31,892 nt of DNA from a virus (Duplodnaviria; Heunggongvirae; Uroviricota; Caudoviricetes). Location: the IMG/VR virus record IMGVR_UViG_2654587686_000018, positions 1 to 31,892 of that record; one strand, 5' to 3'. Under the pieces are notes generated by a model. The model did no database searches. It had not been told where the DNA came from and was given only the letters and a program-made list of their open reading frames with translations. This document shows positions 16,977 to 25,482 of this stretch, one piece after another. Position 1 is the first letter of the stretch, and every line of letters begins with the position of its first letter. A program made the translations under genes and the position numbers.

Positions 16977-17094
16977 AGATGCAGCGGAACTGCTGACTGT
17001 TTACCTTGAAATATATGGCCAGTGTGCGGCGCGTCATAATCAATTAGTTGATGAAATTAATTTAAGAGAGCGTGTTATTTATGGAACAAATTAA
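16795..17094 (+). CDS. o-spanin (Rz1-like outer-membrane lipoprotein), overlapped architecture
   Basis: +1-frame ORF starting inside the i-spanin gene. Signal peptide ending in lipobox LSAC. Runs past the i-spanin stop. Confidence 0.55.
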   Translation: MRNRERSARKCLSRFLLTGACLMSLSACTTAPSPVPNVRYQENLKTRCATQLPRLNGATGKDAAELLTVYLEIYGQCAARHNQLVDEINLRERVIYGTN

Positions 17095-17338
17095 ACTGAG
17101 TGTCTGTGGGGTTGATATTGTTTTTGAACCTAATCAGACTGCTTATAATAAACTGATTAATGAAATGGCAATGGATAATAAAGTTGCCCCTGCAAATAAT
17201 TATCTGATGCGTATTGTTACCCCAGAAACGAAAGAAGCACTGATTGACGTATTAAAACGTCCGGGTGCAGCACTGCAACTGGTCAGTAAGGTTAATGATA
17301 TTTACGCGCCGGAACTGGAGATTGAAGTAAAAAACTGA
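17072..17338 (+). CDS. tail assembly chaperone (0-frame product, gpE/G-like)
   Basis: 88-aa ORF immediately upstream of the tape measure gene; ends just after a slippery heptamer. Confidence 0.6.
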   Translation: MLFMEQIKLSVCGVDIVFEPNQTAYNKLINEMAMDNKVAPANNYLMRIVTPETKEALIDVLKRPGAALQLVSKVNDIYAPELEIEVKN

Positions 17339-17529
17339 CAAAGCGAGTCCATGATATTGAACGAAATGGACTCGAACAGTATTTAATTCTCCGTCGTCAT
17401 TATTTACCACATGGTCAGGATTCTGTTGACGATATTGCTGCCGCTATATGGCTGGATAACCGTCACTGGGAATATACGGGAATAGCCGTGGCTAATGGCG
17501 TGGCTAAAGCATTTAAAGGCACTGAATGA
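17072..17529 (+). CDS. tail assembly chaperone -1 frameshift fusion product (gpE+E' / G-T-like)
   Basis: Slippery heptamer A_AAA_AAC at 17329-17335 is in register with the 0-frame codons. The -1 frame is closed by TGA at 17323-17325 just upstream and open from 17335 to a stop at 17527-17529, which overlaps the tape measure ATG. That frame contains no ATG. Confidence 0.55.
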
Positions 17530-19586
17530 AACAGTTAGATTTTACATTAAGCCTTATTGATAAATTGTCCCGCCCGTTAAAACAGGCGCAGGGCAACGTA
17601 ACGGGCTTTGCTGAAAAATCAAAAGAAGCCTTTATGCAGATTGGTGGCGGCGTTCTGGCGCTGGCGGGTACAGGGATGGCCATTAAAGGTGCGCTGATGC
17701 CCGCCATTGAAATGTATGACGCGCTGAATGATGCGGCTGCAAAAGGGATCGATGATTCTGCGCTTAAGGCCGTTCAGCGTGATGCGCTGCGCTTCAGTAC
17801 AACCTACGGTGCCAGTGCGGTGGAGTTCGTCCAGTCCACGGAAAGTATAAATGCGTCCATTGCCGGGCTGACCGGGAATGAACTGCCGAAAGTGACGAAA
17901 GTCGCCAATACCCTGGCGTTTGCGCTCAAATCCACCGCAGCGGAAACCGCTGAGTTTATGGGGCAGATGTTCGGTAACTTCTCCGCCGATGCCAACCGGC
18001 TGGGAAAGGTTGAGTTTGCTGAACAGCTGGCCGGAAAAATGGTGTACATGCGCAAAACCTTTGGCACGGAAATGGCCGCTATCAAGGATTTGATGGAAGG
18101 GGCGCGCGGTGTGGGTACCAACTACGGCGTGGGGCTGGATGAACAGCTGGCCGTGCTGGGACAGCTTCAGCGGACACTGGGAACGGAAGCCAGCAGCGCT
18201 TATGAAGGCTTTATGACCGGAGCCATTGAGGGCGGTAAAAAGCTGGGGCTGTCCTTCACGGATTCCACCGGCAAAATGCTGTCCATGCCTGAAATGCTGA
18301 TCAAGTTACAGGGCAAGTATGGCAAAAGCCTGGAAGGGAATCTGAAAGCCCAGGCTGAACTGGATGCGGCATTTGGTGACAGTTCGGCGGTGGTGAAACA
18401 CCTTTATGGCAATGTGGCGCTGCTTCAGCGCAATATCACAGAACTGGGCAGTACTGATGGTCTGAAGCGTACCCAGGAAATGGCGCAGAAAATGGTGAAG
18501 CCGTGGGATCGGTTTGTCGCAATCCTGAAGGCTATCCAGACCGTCATTGGACTGACGCTGATCCCGGTGCTCTATCCGGTTCTGAACCGACTGGCCGATA
18601 TGGGGCAGACTTTTGCCCGCTGGATGCAGCTATTTCCCAACATTGCGCGTGTTGTTGGTTATGCGGCAATGGCCTTACTCAGCTTTGCGGCTGTGGGCGC
18701 AGTCGCCAACATCGTGATGGGTGTCTCCAGATTCATCATGATGGGGTTGCGTGGGATCTGGGTGGCGCTGACGGCTGTCACGAAGGTTCACACCGCTGCT
18801 GTCTGGCTGGGGAACATTGCCGTGGTTGCCTGGAACGCCACGCTGAAATTTCTGCGCGGTACGTTGCTGGCGGTTCGTATGGCGGCAATGATGGCCGGGA
18901 TAGGTATCAATCTGATGAGCTGGCCGATCCTGCTGGTGATTGGTGCCGTTGCCTTACTTGCTGCCGGTTGCTGGCTGCTGATTAAACACTGGGACACGGT
19001 AAAGAACGCGGTCATGGATACCGCTGCATTTCAGACATGCGCCAGGGGGGTGGCATGGCTTGCCGGGGTGTTTGCTTCAGCCTGGCAGTTTATCAGCGAA
19101 GGCTGGAACAGTTTTATTTCCATGCTGACCGGGTTTTCTCCTTCCCAGGCATTAAGCGGGCTGGCCACGGGCATTGTGTCATTGTTTGATAATGTCTGGT
19201 TGTCCGTTAAAAACGGCTTTCTGAAATCATGGAACTGGATTGTAAGTAAATTAAATAACATTCCGGGTGTTGATATTGAACTGGCGGGTGCGGCTTCACC
19301 GGATATCGCTAAAAATGAAGCGGCAGTATTTCCAGTGCCGGAATTGAAGCAATCAGCGAAAGCTGACGGTGCTCTTGCTGCGGTGACACAAAATAATTAC
19401 GCCCCAGACCGGCTTTTAACCGGAGGCGAATTAAAAGGCATTGAAAAGGGCGGGATCACCAAAACGATTAACAGTAATGCCAAATCCGTAACCGACAATA
19501 GCCGGAAAATTGACACGGTAAACATTTATCCGAAAGAAATGATTACACCCGGTCAGTTAATGGAATTTCAGGAGCTGGGCGCATGA
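17526..19586 (+). CDS. tail tape measure protein
   Basis: 686 aa, alanine/glycine-rich with a central hydrophobic block; follows the chaperone frameshift pair. Confidence 0.85.
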   Translation: MKQLDFTLSLIDKLSRPLKQAQGNVTGFAEKSKEAFMQIGGGVLALAGTGMAIKGALMPAIEMYDALNDAAAKGIDDSALKAVQRDALRFSTTYGASAVEFVQSTESINASIAGLTGNELPKVTKVANTLAFALKSTAAETAEFMGQMFGNFSADANRLGKVEFAEQLAGKMVYMRKTFGTEMAAIKDLMEGARGVGTNYGVGLDEQLAVLGQLQRTLGTEASSAYEGFMTGAIEGGKKLGLSFTDSTGKMLSMPEMLIKLQGKYGKSLEGNLKAQAELDAAFGDSSAVVKHLYGNVALLQRNITELGSTDGLKRTQEMAQKMVKPWDRFVAILKAIQTVIGLTLIPVLYPVLNRLADMGQTFARWMQLFPNIARVVGYAAMALLSFAAVGAVANIVMGVSRFIMMGLRGIWVALTAVTKVHTAAVWLGNIAVVAWNATLKFLRGTLLAVRMAAMMAGIGINLMSWPILLVIGAVALLAAGCWLLIKHWDTVKNAVMDTAAFQTCARGVAWLAGVFASAWQFISEGWNSFISMLTGFSPSQALSGLATGIVSLFDNVWLSVKNGFLKSWNWIVSKLNNIPGVDIELAGAASPDIAKNEAAVFPVPELKQSAKADGALAAVTQNNYAPDRLLTGGELKGIEKGGITKTINSNAKSVTDNSRKIDTVNIYPKEMITPGQLMEFQELGA

Positions 19587-19912
19587 GTGAGAGTCTTTAT
19601 ATTGATTTGCTTATTCAGGGCGGTGATTTTGTTCTGAATACCGGATATGAACCTGAACTGTGTAATAACCGTAAAAGTATCGGACAGGACATTATTCATT
19701 CCATTATTGAAAGCGGGCTGGCAACGGAACTGATTGCCGAACGCAGCCCAACAATGCGGGCGGATATTTTTACCCGTATGGAATTACTGATTGAAGATGA
19801 TGAACGGATTATTCCGGGAACAGTGGAAATCAGTGAGGAAAGCCAGAAACGATTATGGATAACGGCCAGCACCTATGACTTTGGCGGCATATCTGCGCAG
19901 GTGGATTTATGA
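19583..19912 (+). CDS. putative baseplate protein (gpW-like position)
   Basis: 109 aa, coupled between the tape measure and the baseplate J-like gene. Confidence 0.45.
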   Translation: MSESLYIDLLIQGGDFVLNTGYEPELCNNRKSIGQDIIHSIIESGLATELIAERSPTMRADIFTRMELLIEDDERIIPGTVEISEESQKRLWITASTYDFGGISAQVDL

Positions 19913-21093
19913 CGGAAAAACCGCAGGTTGATTTTGAGGAAGTGGTGAAGGCCAGCGGGATGCCGGTGACGGAATCTGAAGTGCGGGATCGCTTTAATGC
20001 GATTGCGGCTGAGGAGGGCATGATCACTAACACATCCCGTATGTCACCGTTCTGGCGGTTAATTACGGCCATTGTGACTGCGCCGGTGATGTGGCTGAAA
20101 GAGGTTCTGGTGTCCACGGTGCTGGCCAATATGTTTGTGGCCACGGCCAGCGGGAGCATGCTGCGCCTGTTGGCCTGGGCGGTGAACGTGACGGCGAAAC
20201 CTGCCAGCGCTGCGCAGGGTGTGATCCGTTTCTTTAAGGAAGATGCCAGAGCCGTTGTGACGGTGAAGGCCAGAACGGTTATCCAGACTGAACGCATCAA
20301 CGGCAGGGTGTACGAACTGGCGACCACGGGCGATGTGGTGATCCCTTCCGGCACGGACAGCGCATTGCTGCCGGTGAAAGCCACCGGAACCGGGGGAGCC
20401 TATAACCTTGCGCCAGGGTATTACCGCATTTTGCCTGTGGCCGTGGATGGTATCAGCCATGTGGCCAGCGAGGAAAACTGGCTGACGGTGCCGGGTGCCG
20501 ATGAAGAAAGCGATGATGAACTGCGTGAACGCTGCCGCAACCAGTTCAATCTGGTGGGCAATTACCACACGGATGCGGTTTACCGTTCAATGATTGCCGG
20601 TGTTGCCGGGCTGAGTATTGACCGGATTTTCTTTGAGCATGAAGCGCCGAGGGGACCGGGTACCGCAAACGCCTATCTGTTGCTGGACAGTGGGGTGGCT
20701 TCCGCACCGTTCGTGAATGCGGTGAATGATTACATCAACACGCAGGGACATCACGGCCACGGCGACGATATGCAGTGTTACGCCATGCCGGAAACCCGTC
20801 ACGATCTGGCTGTGACGGTGTTCGTCAGAAATCTGGCCAACCTGACAGATGACGAACGGAACAGCCTGAAGGCTGGCATTGAAAACATGATCCGCTGTGC
20901 TTTTCGTGAAAACGCTGATTTTGACGTCAGAAAGACGTGGCCATATTCGCGGTTCTCGTTTTCTCAGTTGGGGGGGGAGATCCACAAAACCTTTGCGCTG
21001 GCGGATTCGCTGTCCTTTTCACTGGGTGACATTACCAGTGAGCTGAATGTGCCGCGTCTGAAGTCACTGGTAGTGAGTCTTGAGAATGAATGA
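19909..21093 (+). CDS. baseplate assembly protein, J-like
   Basis: 394 aa in the W-J-I-fibre order typical of P2-type baseplates; weak sequence resemblance to gpJ. Confidence 0.55.
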   Translation: MTEKPQVDFEEVVKASGMPVTESEVRDRFNAIAAEEGMITNTSRMSPFWRLITAIVTAPVMWLKEVLVSTVLANMFVATASGSMLRLLAWAVNVTAKPASAAQGVIRFFKEDARAVVTVKARTVIQTERINGRVYELATTGDVVIPSGTDSALLPVKATGTGGAYNLAPGYYRILPVAVDGISHVASEENWLTVPGADEESDDELRERCRNQFNLVGNYHTDAVYRSMIAGVAGLSIDRIFFEHEAPRGPGTANAYLLLDSGVASAPFVNAVNDYINTQGHHGHGDDMQCYAMPETRHDLAVTVFVRNLANLTDDERNSLKAGIENMIRCAFRENADFDVRKTWPYSRFSFSQLGGEIHKTFALADSLSFSLGDITSELNVPRLKSLVVSLENE

Positions 21094-21673
21094 GTTCATG
21101 AAAAAGCTGGCCGGGATGGTGCTTCCTTCCTGGATGAATCAGGGGGAGCCGAACAAGCTGCTGAAAACAGCCCGGCGATTCTGGGCGGAGGTTTACGGCT
21201 GGATAACCTGGCCACTGAACCAGTTTGATCCGCTCACCTGCACACCGGCATTACTGAACCTGCTGGCGTATGACCGGGACATAACCCGCTTTGATGGTGA
21301 GCCACTGAGTCTGTTTCGTAAGCGTGTGGCGTATGCCTTTGTCAATGCCCGTGATGCCGGTTCCGTTGAGGGATTTATCAACATCTTTGAACGGCTGGGT
21401 ATTGGGTATGTGGAGCTGCGGGAGCGCCAGCCAGGTATTGACTGGGATGTGATCTTGGTACGTGTGACGGACGGCCAGATAGCAGACAACACGCAGCTGC
21501 TTATCCAGATAATCCGGCAGTACGGGCGAACATGCCGCCGCTATCAGTTTGAGGTGATCACATCGGAAAAAATGGCTATCAGAGCCGGATGGGATCAGGG
21601 GGAATATGTGGTTTATCCGGCTTCGTTAGCAGGGACGGAAACCCACAGCGCGACATTCAGCGCAGGTTTGTAA
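21080..21673 (+). CDS. tail protein I-like (baseplate)
   Basis: 197 aa; LLNLLAYDRD and RKRVAYAFVNARDAGSVEGFINIFERLGIGYVEL resemble P2 gpI. Confidence 0.6.
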   Translation: MRMNEFMKKLAGMVLPSWMNQGEPNKLLKTARRFWAEVYGWITWPLNQFDPLTCTPALLNLLAYDRDITRFDGEPLSLFRKRVAYAFVNARDAGSVEGFINIFERLGIGYVELRERQPGIDWDVILVRVTDGQIADNTQLLIQIIRQYGRTCRRYQFEVITSEKMAIRAGWDQGEYVVYPASLAGTETHSATFSAGL

Positions 21674-21683
21674 GGAATTTTTT

Positions 21684-23693
21684 ATGTCACAGACAGTTAT
21701 CACGCTGGCGTTTGAACACTGGAAAGCGCAGCAGGGTGCGACCGGCGAGCCGGTGTTACTGGATGAATTTGTGTTTGCGAATGTGCCAGGGCTGAACCCG
21801 GATATTCCCGTTGATCGCAGTGAAGCACTGCCGCCTTTGGAACAGATTGTGCACCGGCAACCTGTTACCCGCACTGGAGTGGTGAATGAAAATGGCGTGG
21901 TGTATTCCGCTGTTCTGGGCGCTGACGTGGGCGATTTCAGTTTCAACTGGATCGGACTGCTGAATAAGGCCAGCGGAACTCTGGCCATGATTGTTCATGC
22001 GCCTGTACAGCAAAAGCTGAAAACAGCGGAAGGGCAGCAGGGGAACGTGCTTACCCGTTCGTTTCTGATGGAGTACAACGGCGCACAGACTGAAACCGGG
22101 ATTACTACACCGGCTGAAACCTGGCAGATTGATTTCACGGCGCGTATGGCCGGAATGGATGAGCGTCAGCGCCTGGAAAATGCGGATATTTACGGCGCTG
22201 CGGCATTCTTTGGCGATGGCTGGATGGTCGGTAAAACGGGTAATCAGTTCTTTGTCACCAACGGCACTGGCTACGTGGCAGGGCTGCGTACATCACTGGC
22301 CGCAAATCAGAATATCACCGTGACGACAAAACCGGTCAAAGTCTGGCTGGATGTGTGCTGGACGGGATCGCTTACCAGCGTGTGGAATACGCAGTGTAAA
22401 ATTACCGTTACGGAAAACCTGGCTGATTACGTGCAGAACGGTGTGCAGCATTATGTGTTTGCTGTGGCCAGCATTGATGTGAATGGCAATATCACGGATT
22501 TACGGCCAAAAGGGACGCTAAATGAGCAGGTGGCCAGCGATGCGCTGAAAAAGCATGAGCAGTCCCGAAATCATCCTGATGCCACGACCAGCGAGAAGGG
22601 ATTCACTCAGTTAAGTAACGCGACAGACAGCGCCAGTGAAGGGCAAGCTGCAACACCGAAGGCGGTTAAAATAGCGATGGATAATGCAAACGCGCGTCTT
22701 GCAAAAGAGCGTAATGGTGCAGACATCCCGAATCCACCGTTATTTGTTCAGAATATTGGTTTGCAGGATACGGTTAACAAGGCGGATGGCGCAGTACAGA
22801 GAACAGATGTTCAGGCATCGCGTGATGATGTAACACCTGGCCGTCTGCTTACTAATGGCAGCGCAATTGCAACCCGTTCAGTTGCAGCATCGAATGCAGA
22901 ATGGGCTTTTACAAATGACTCAAACAGCTTGCCAGCTAACGCAGTGAGCTTTGTTTATTCGTCTGCCAGAAATTCACCCGGATATGAGGCGTCAGTTCTG
23001 GATTATTCCGGGCTTTCTGGTGAGTACCGAACACAAATTGCAGCAAGTTATACCGCTAACAAAATCAGTTTCAGGACCAAAAACGGCGACAATAATAACT
23101 GGAATAACTGGTTTGAGTTTTACCATACTGGAAATAAACCTACCCCGCAGGATATAGGTGCTCTGCCGGCATGGGTACTGGGTGGTGTCAGAGATGGAGG
23201 CAGTTTCGATGGTTTTACGACGCCGGGTTTTTATTGGGTAAGCATTGATAATGCAGAAACCGTCGCAGGTATGCCGTCACGTACCAATGGAACCCATTGC
23301 TATGGATATGGTTCTTTACTTGTTATTCCGGCCGGAAATGCAATCACGCAAGTGTACATCAGTGATGCCGGAGATTTTGCTACAAGGCAATGGTGGGGTA
23401 ACTGGCATCCCTGGAAATCATCCTATAGTCCGGTATCTCAACCCAATCCCGGTGATATTGGCGCTTATACGAAAGCAGAGTGTGACGCCCGTTATGTTGC
23501 TGACGTTCAGTTAGGAACGGGAACGCGGGTTACAACATGGAATTCCGCAGGAGACTGGCCTAACTCTCCAGGCTATGTCATTACGTCAGTAAATAAAGAC
23601 TGGATGGATCAAAACCTTGACGGGGTGACTTATGCTCCACTCCAGAAAAGAATAGGTAATCAGTGGTATACCGTTATTGGGGGGACGCCATAA
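21684..23693 (+). CDS. tail fibre protein
   Basis: 669 aa; conserved fibre motif SEKGFTQLSNATDSASEGQAATPKAVKIAMDNA; distal part compositionally AT-richer. Confidence 0.8.
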   Translation: MSQTVITLAFEHWKAQQGATGEPVLLDEFVFANVPGLNPDIPVDRSEALPPLEQIVHRQPVTRTGVVNENGVVYSAVLGADVGDFSFNWIGLLNKASGTLAMIVHAPVQQKLKTAEGQQGNVLTRSFLMEYNGAQTETGITTPAETWQIDFTARMAGMDERQRLENADIYGAAAFFGDGWMVGKTGNQFFVTNGTGYVAGLRTSLAANQNITVTTKPVKVWLDVCWTGSLTSVWNTQCKITVTENLADYVQNGVQHYVFAVASIDVNGNITDLRPKGTLNEQVASDALKKHEQSRNHPDATTSEKGFTQLSNATDSASEGQAATPKAVKIAMDNANARLAKERNGADIPNPPLFVQNIGLQDTVNKADGAVQRTDVQASRDDVTPGRLLTNGSAIATRSVAASNAEWAFTNDSNSLPANAVSFVYSSARNSPGYEASVLDYSGLSGEYRTQIAASYTANKISFRTKNGDNNNWNNWFEFYHTGNKPTPQDIGALPAWVLGGVRDGGSFDGFTTPGFYWVSIDNAETVAGMPSRTNGTHCYGYGSLLVIPAGNAITQVYISDAGDFATRQWWGNWHPWKSSYSPVSQPNPGDIGAYTKAECDARYVADVQLGTGTRVTTWNSAGDWPNSPGYVITSVNKDWMDQNLDGVTYAPLQKRIGNQWYTVIGGTP

Positions 23694-24250
23694 TGCAAAA
23701 TATTAGAAATTTCAGACTGGTGGATATGCCGAAAAACCGTGAGAAAACACCGGGTGAAATAAATATAGGTAGCCTGTTTTTAGAATCGGAAGACGGGCTG
23801 GACTGGTACGAGTGCCAAGCGTTTTATTCAGATGATACGGCCAAAATCATGTATGACGGATCTGGCATTATCTGGGGAGTTGTTAATAAACCTGTACCAC
23901 AGCGGAATAACACTTATGCGGTGTCGATGTTATGGCCGGTGAATATGTCTGTTGCCGAGCTGGATGTTGCGTTATGCCCTGATGATTGTTTAGGCGATGG
24001 TACATGGAGATATATTGATGGAAAAATCGAGAAAATCCCTACTGATTACGTTGCTATTGCTGAAAGTAAAAAATCCCGACTAATGAATGAAGCAAATGCT
24101 GTGATAGCGCCGCTTGAACGGGCTGTAAAACTGGGGATTGCCACGAGTAATGAGATTGCAGAGTTGGAGGCATGGGAGCGATATAGCGTCATGGTTAACC
24201 GGGTCGATACTACAAAACCTGAATGGCCAGAGGTGCCTGATGTGGCGTGA
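23693..24250 (+). CDS. tail fibre assembly protein
   Basis: ATG overlaps the fibre stop (TAATG); about 186 aa, the usual size and position for a fibre assembly chaperone. The track ORF starts 30 nt upstream, inside the fibre gene. Confidence 0.65.
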   Translation: MQNIRNFRLVDMPKNREKTPGEINIGSLFLESEDGLDWYECQAFYSDDTAKIMYDGSGIIWGVVNKPVPQRNNTYAVSMLWPVNMSVAELDVALCPDDCLGDGTWRYIDGKIEKIPTDYVAIAESKKSRLMNEANAVIAPLERAVKLGIATSNEIAELEAWERYSVMVNRVDTTKPEWPEVPDVA

Positions 24251-24965
24251 AGCGCGTCTGGCTTTCACAGACTCACTGGCCGCGCTGAATTGTTCCGTTG
24301 TTCCGGCGCATCCGTGGATAAACGGTCTGGGGCAACAGACGGATAACGGGGCATACCTCAGCCCGGTGAATGCCGTCCGCTATTTTGCTGAAAGGCTGGC
24401 CGGAACGGGCGGGAATGCCGATGTGATGATCATGATGGTGACAGGCCAGACGCATGAGAATTTTATGACCCGTCTCAACGGTCTGGTCGATGTTTTTCCG
24501 GCACCGGCATTCACGCAGGTCAAGCGCCTGGCACAATCCGCAGCGACGCTGGCCATCGAAAAAATGCAGATCCCCGCTAAAACCGGGGCGGGGTTGCCGG
24601 TGGCCATTCCGCTGTCTGTGCCAACCAGCAGGGTGGCATTATCTGCGGCGGCTGTCAGCCAGGCACAAAAAGCGGCCAGTGCGGGATTCAGCCTGGACGG
24701 ACTAAAGCAGCAACTGGGCGAGTTCGCGCAGCTGCGTGACAGCCTGATCAGTGATGTGGCCAGCGGGCTGAATGATTTGCAGGGGAAAAGTGCCAGAGCA
24801 TGGGTGTTTACCAGCACCGGCGATACAGCCACCACGCTGCTGGAACTGGTAAAGGATATCCCGCAACCGTCAGCCGTCTATACAGCGGCGGTGATGCTGG
24901 TCGGTGACAATCTGGATGGAATAAAGGGAATGATTCATGACTTCGATCCCAACGCTGGCGCTTAA
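24240..24965 (+). CDS. hypothetical tail/baseplate-associated protein
   Basis: In-frame ATG at 24240 overlapping the upstream stop; 241 aa, alanine-rich; function not recognised. Confidence 0.45.
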   Translation: MWREARLAFTDSLAALNCSVVPAHPWINGLGQQTDNGAYLSPVNAVRYFAERLAGTGGNADVMIMMVTGQTHENFMTRLNGLVDVFPAPAFTQVKRLAQSAATLAIEKMQIPAKTGAGLPVAIPLSVPTSRVALSAAAVSQAQKAASAGFSLDGLKQQLGEFAQLRDSLISDVASGLNDLQGKSARAWVFTSTGDTATTLLELVKDIPQPSAVYTAAVMLVGDNLDGIKGMIHDFDPNAGA

Positions 24966-25482
24966 TGGTGAGGCTATCCAGCTGAAAAATATGCGCGTGA
25001 CCGTCTCGCAGCAGTTTCAGGATAAAGACCAGTCCGGCCAGACAAGTGCCACAACCAAATCAGAACAGGGGGCAAAAGGGAAAGAGCTGCGTATCAGTGG
25101 CGAAATTCCGTTTAAAAGCCCGGAGATCCTGAAGCGTATTTTCGAACTGGCCAGCGCCACGGATGCCGGAGGCAACCGCCAGAAATACCGCGTGGCGCAT
25201 GAAGTGGCCAGAGCCGTGAATTTTCGTGAGGCGACATTCAGCGGAATGCTTGATGCCCCGCAGCAGGACGGGAAAATGGCCTGGCTGGTCACGTTTACGC
25301 TGGCAGAACATATCAGCGTGCAGGAAAAGCGGGAAGCCAGGGCAACAGGCAAAACGTCTGCCAAAAAACAGACGGCCGGTAATGCGGGACAATCCGGTGG
25401 CCAGAGTGCCGGGGAAGATGAAGAAAAACTGACGTGGTTTGAAAAACGGGTACTGAAACCCGTCAATGATGCTTTGGGTTAA
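24937..25482 (+). CDS. hypothetical tail-associated protein
   Basis: 181 aa, start overlaps the previous gene, SD (aaaggga) upstream. Confidence 0.45.
   Translation: MTSIPTLALNGEAIQLKNMRVTVSQQFQDKDQSGQTSATTKSEQGAKGKELRISGEIPFKSPEILKRIFELASATDAGGNRQKYRVAHEVARAVNFREATFSGMLDAPQQDGKMAWLVTFTLAEHISVQEKREARATGKTSAKKQTAGNAGQSGGQSAGEDEEKLTWFEKRVLKPVNDALG

Noticed and set aside
18503-18985. 160-aa cysteine-rich ORF inside the tape measure gene, alternate frame
   Set aside because: Embedded in the tape measure coding sequence with no independent start signals; composition typical of out-of-frame translation.
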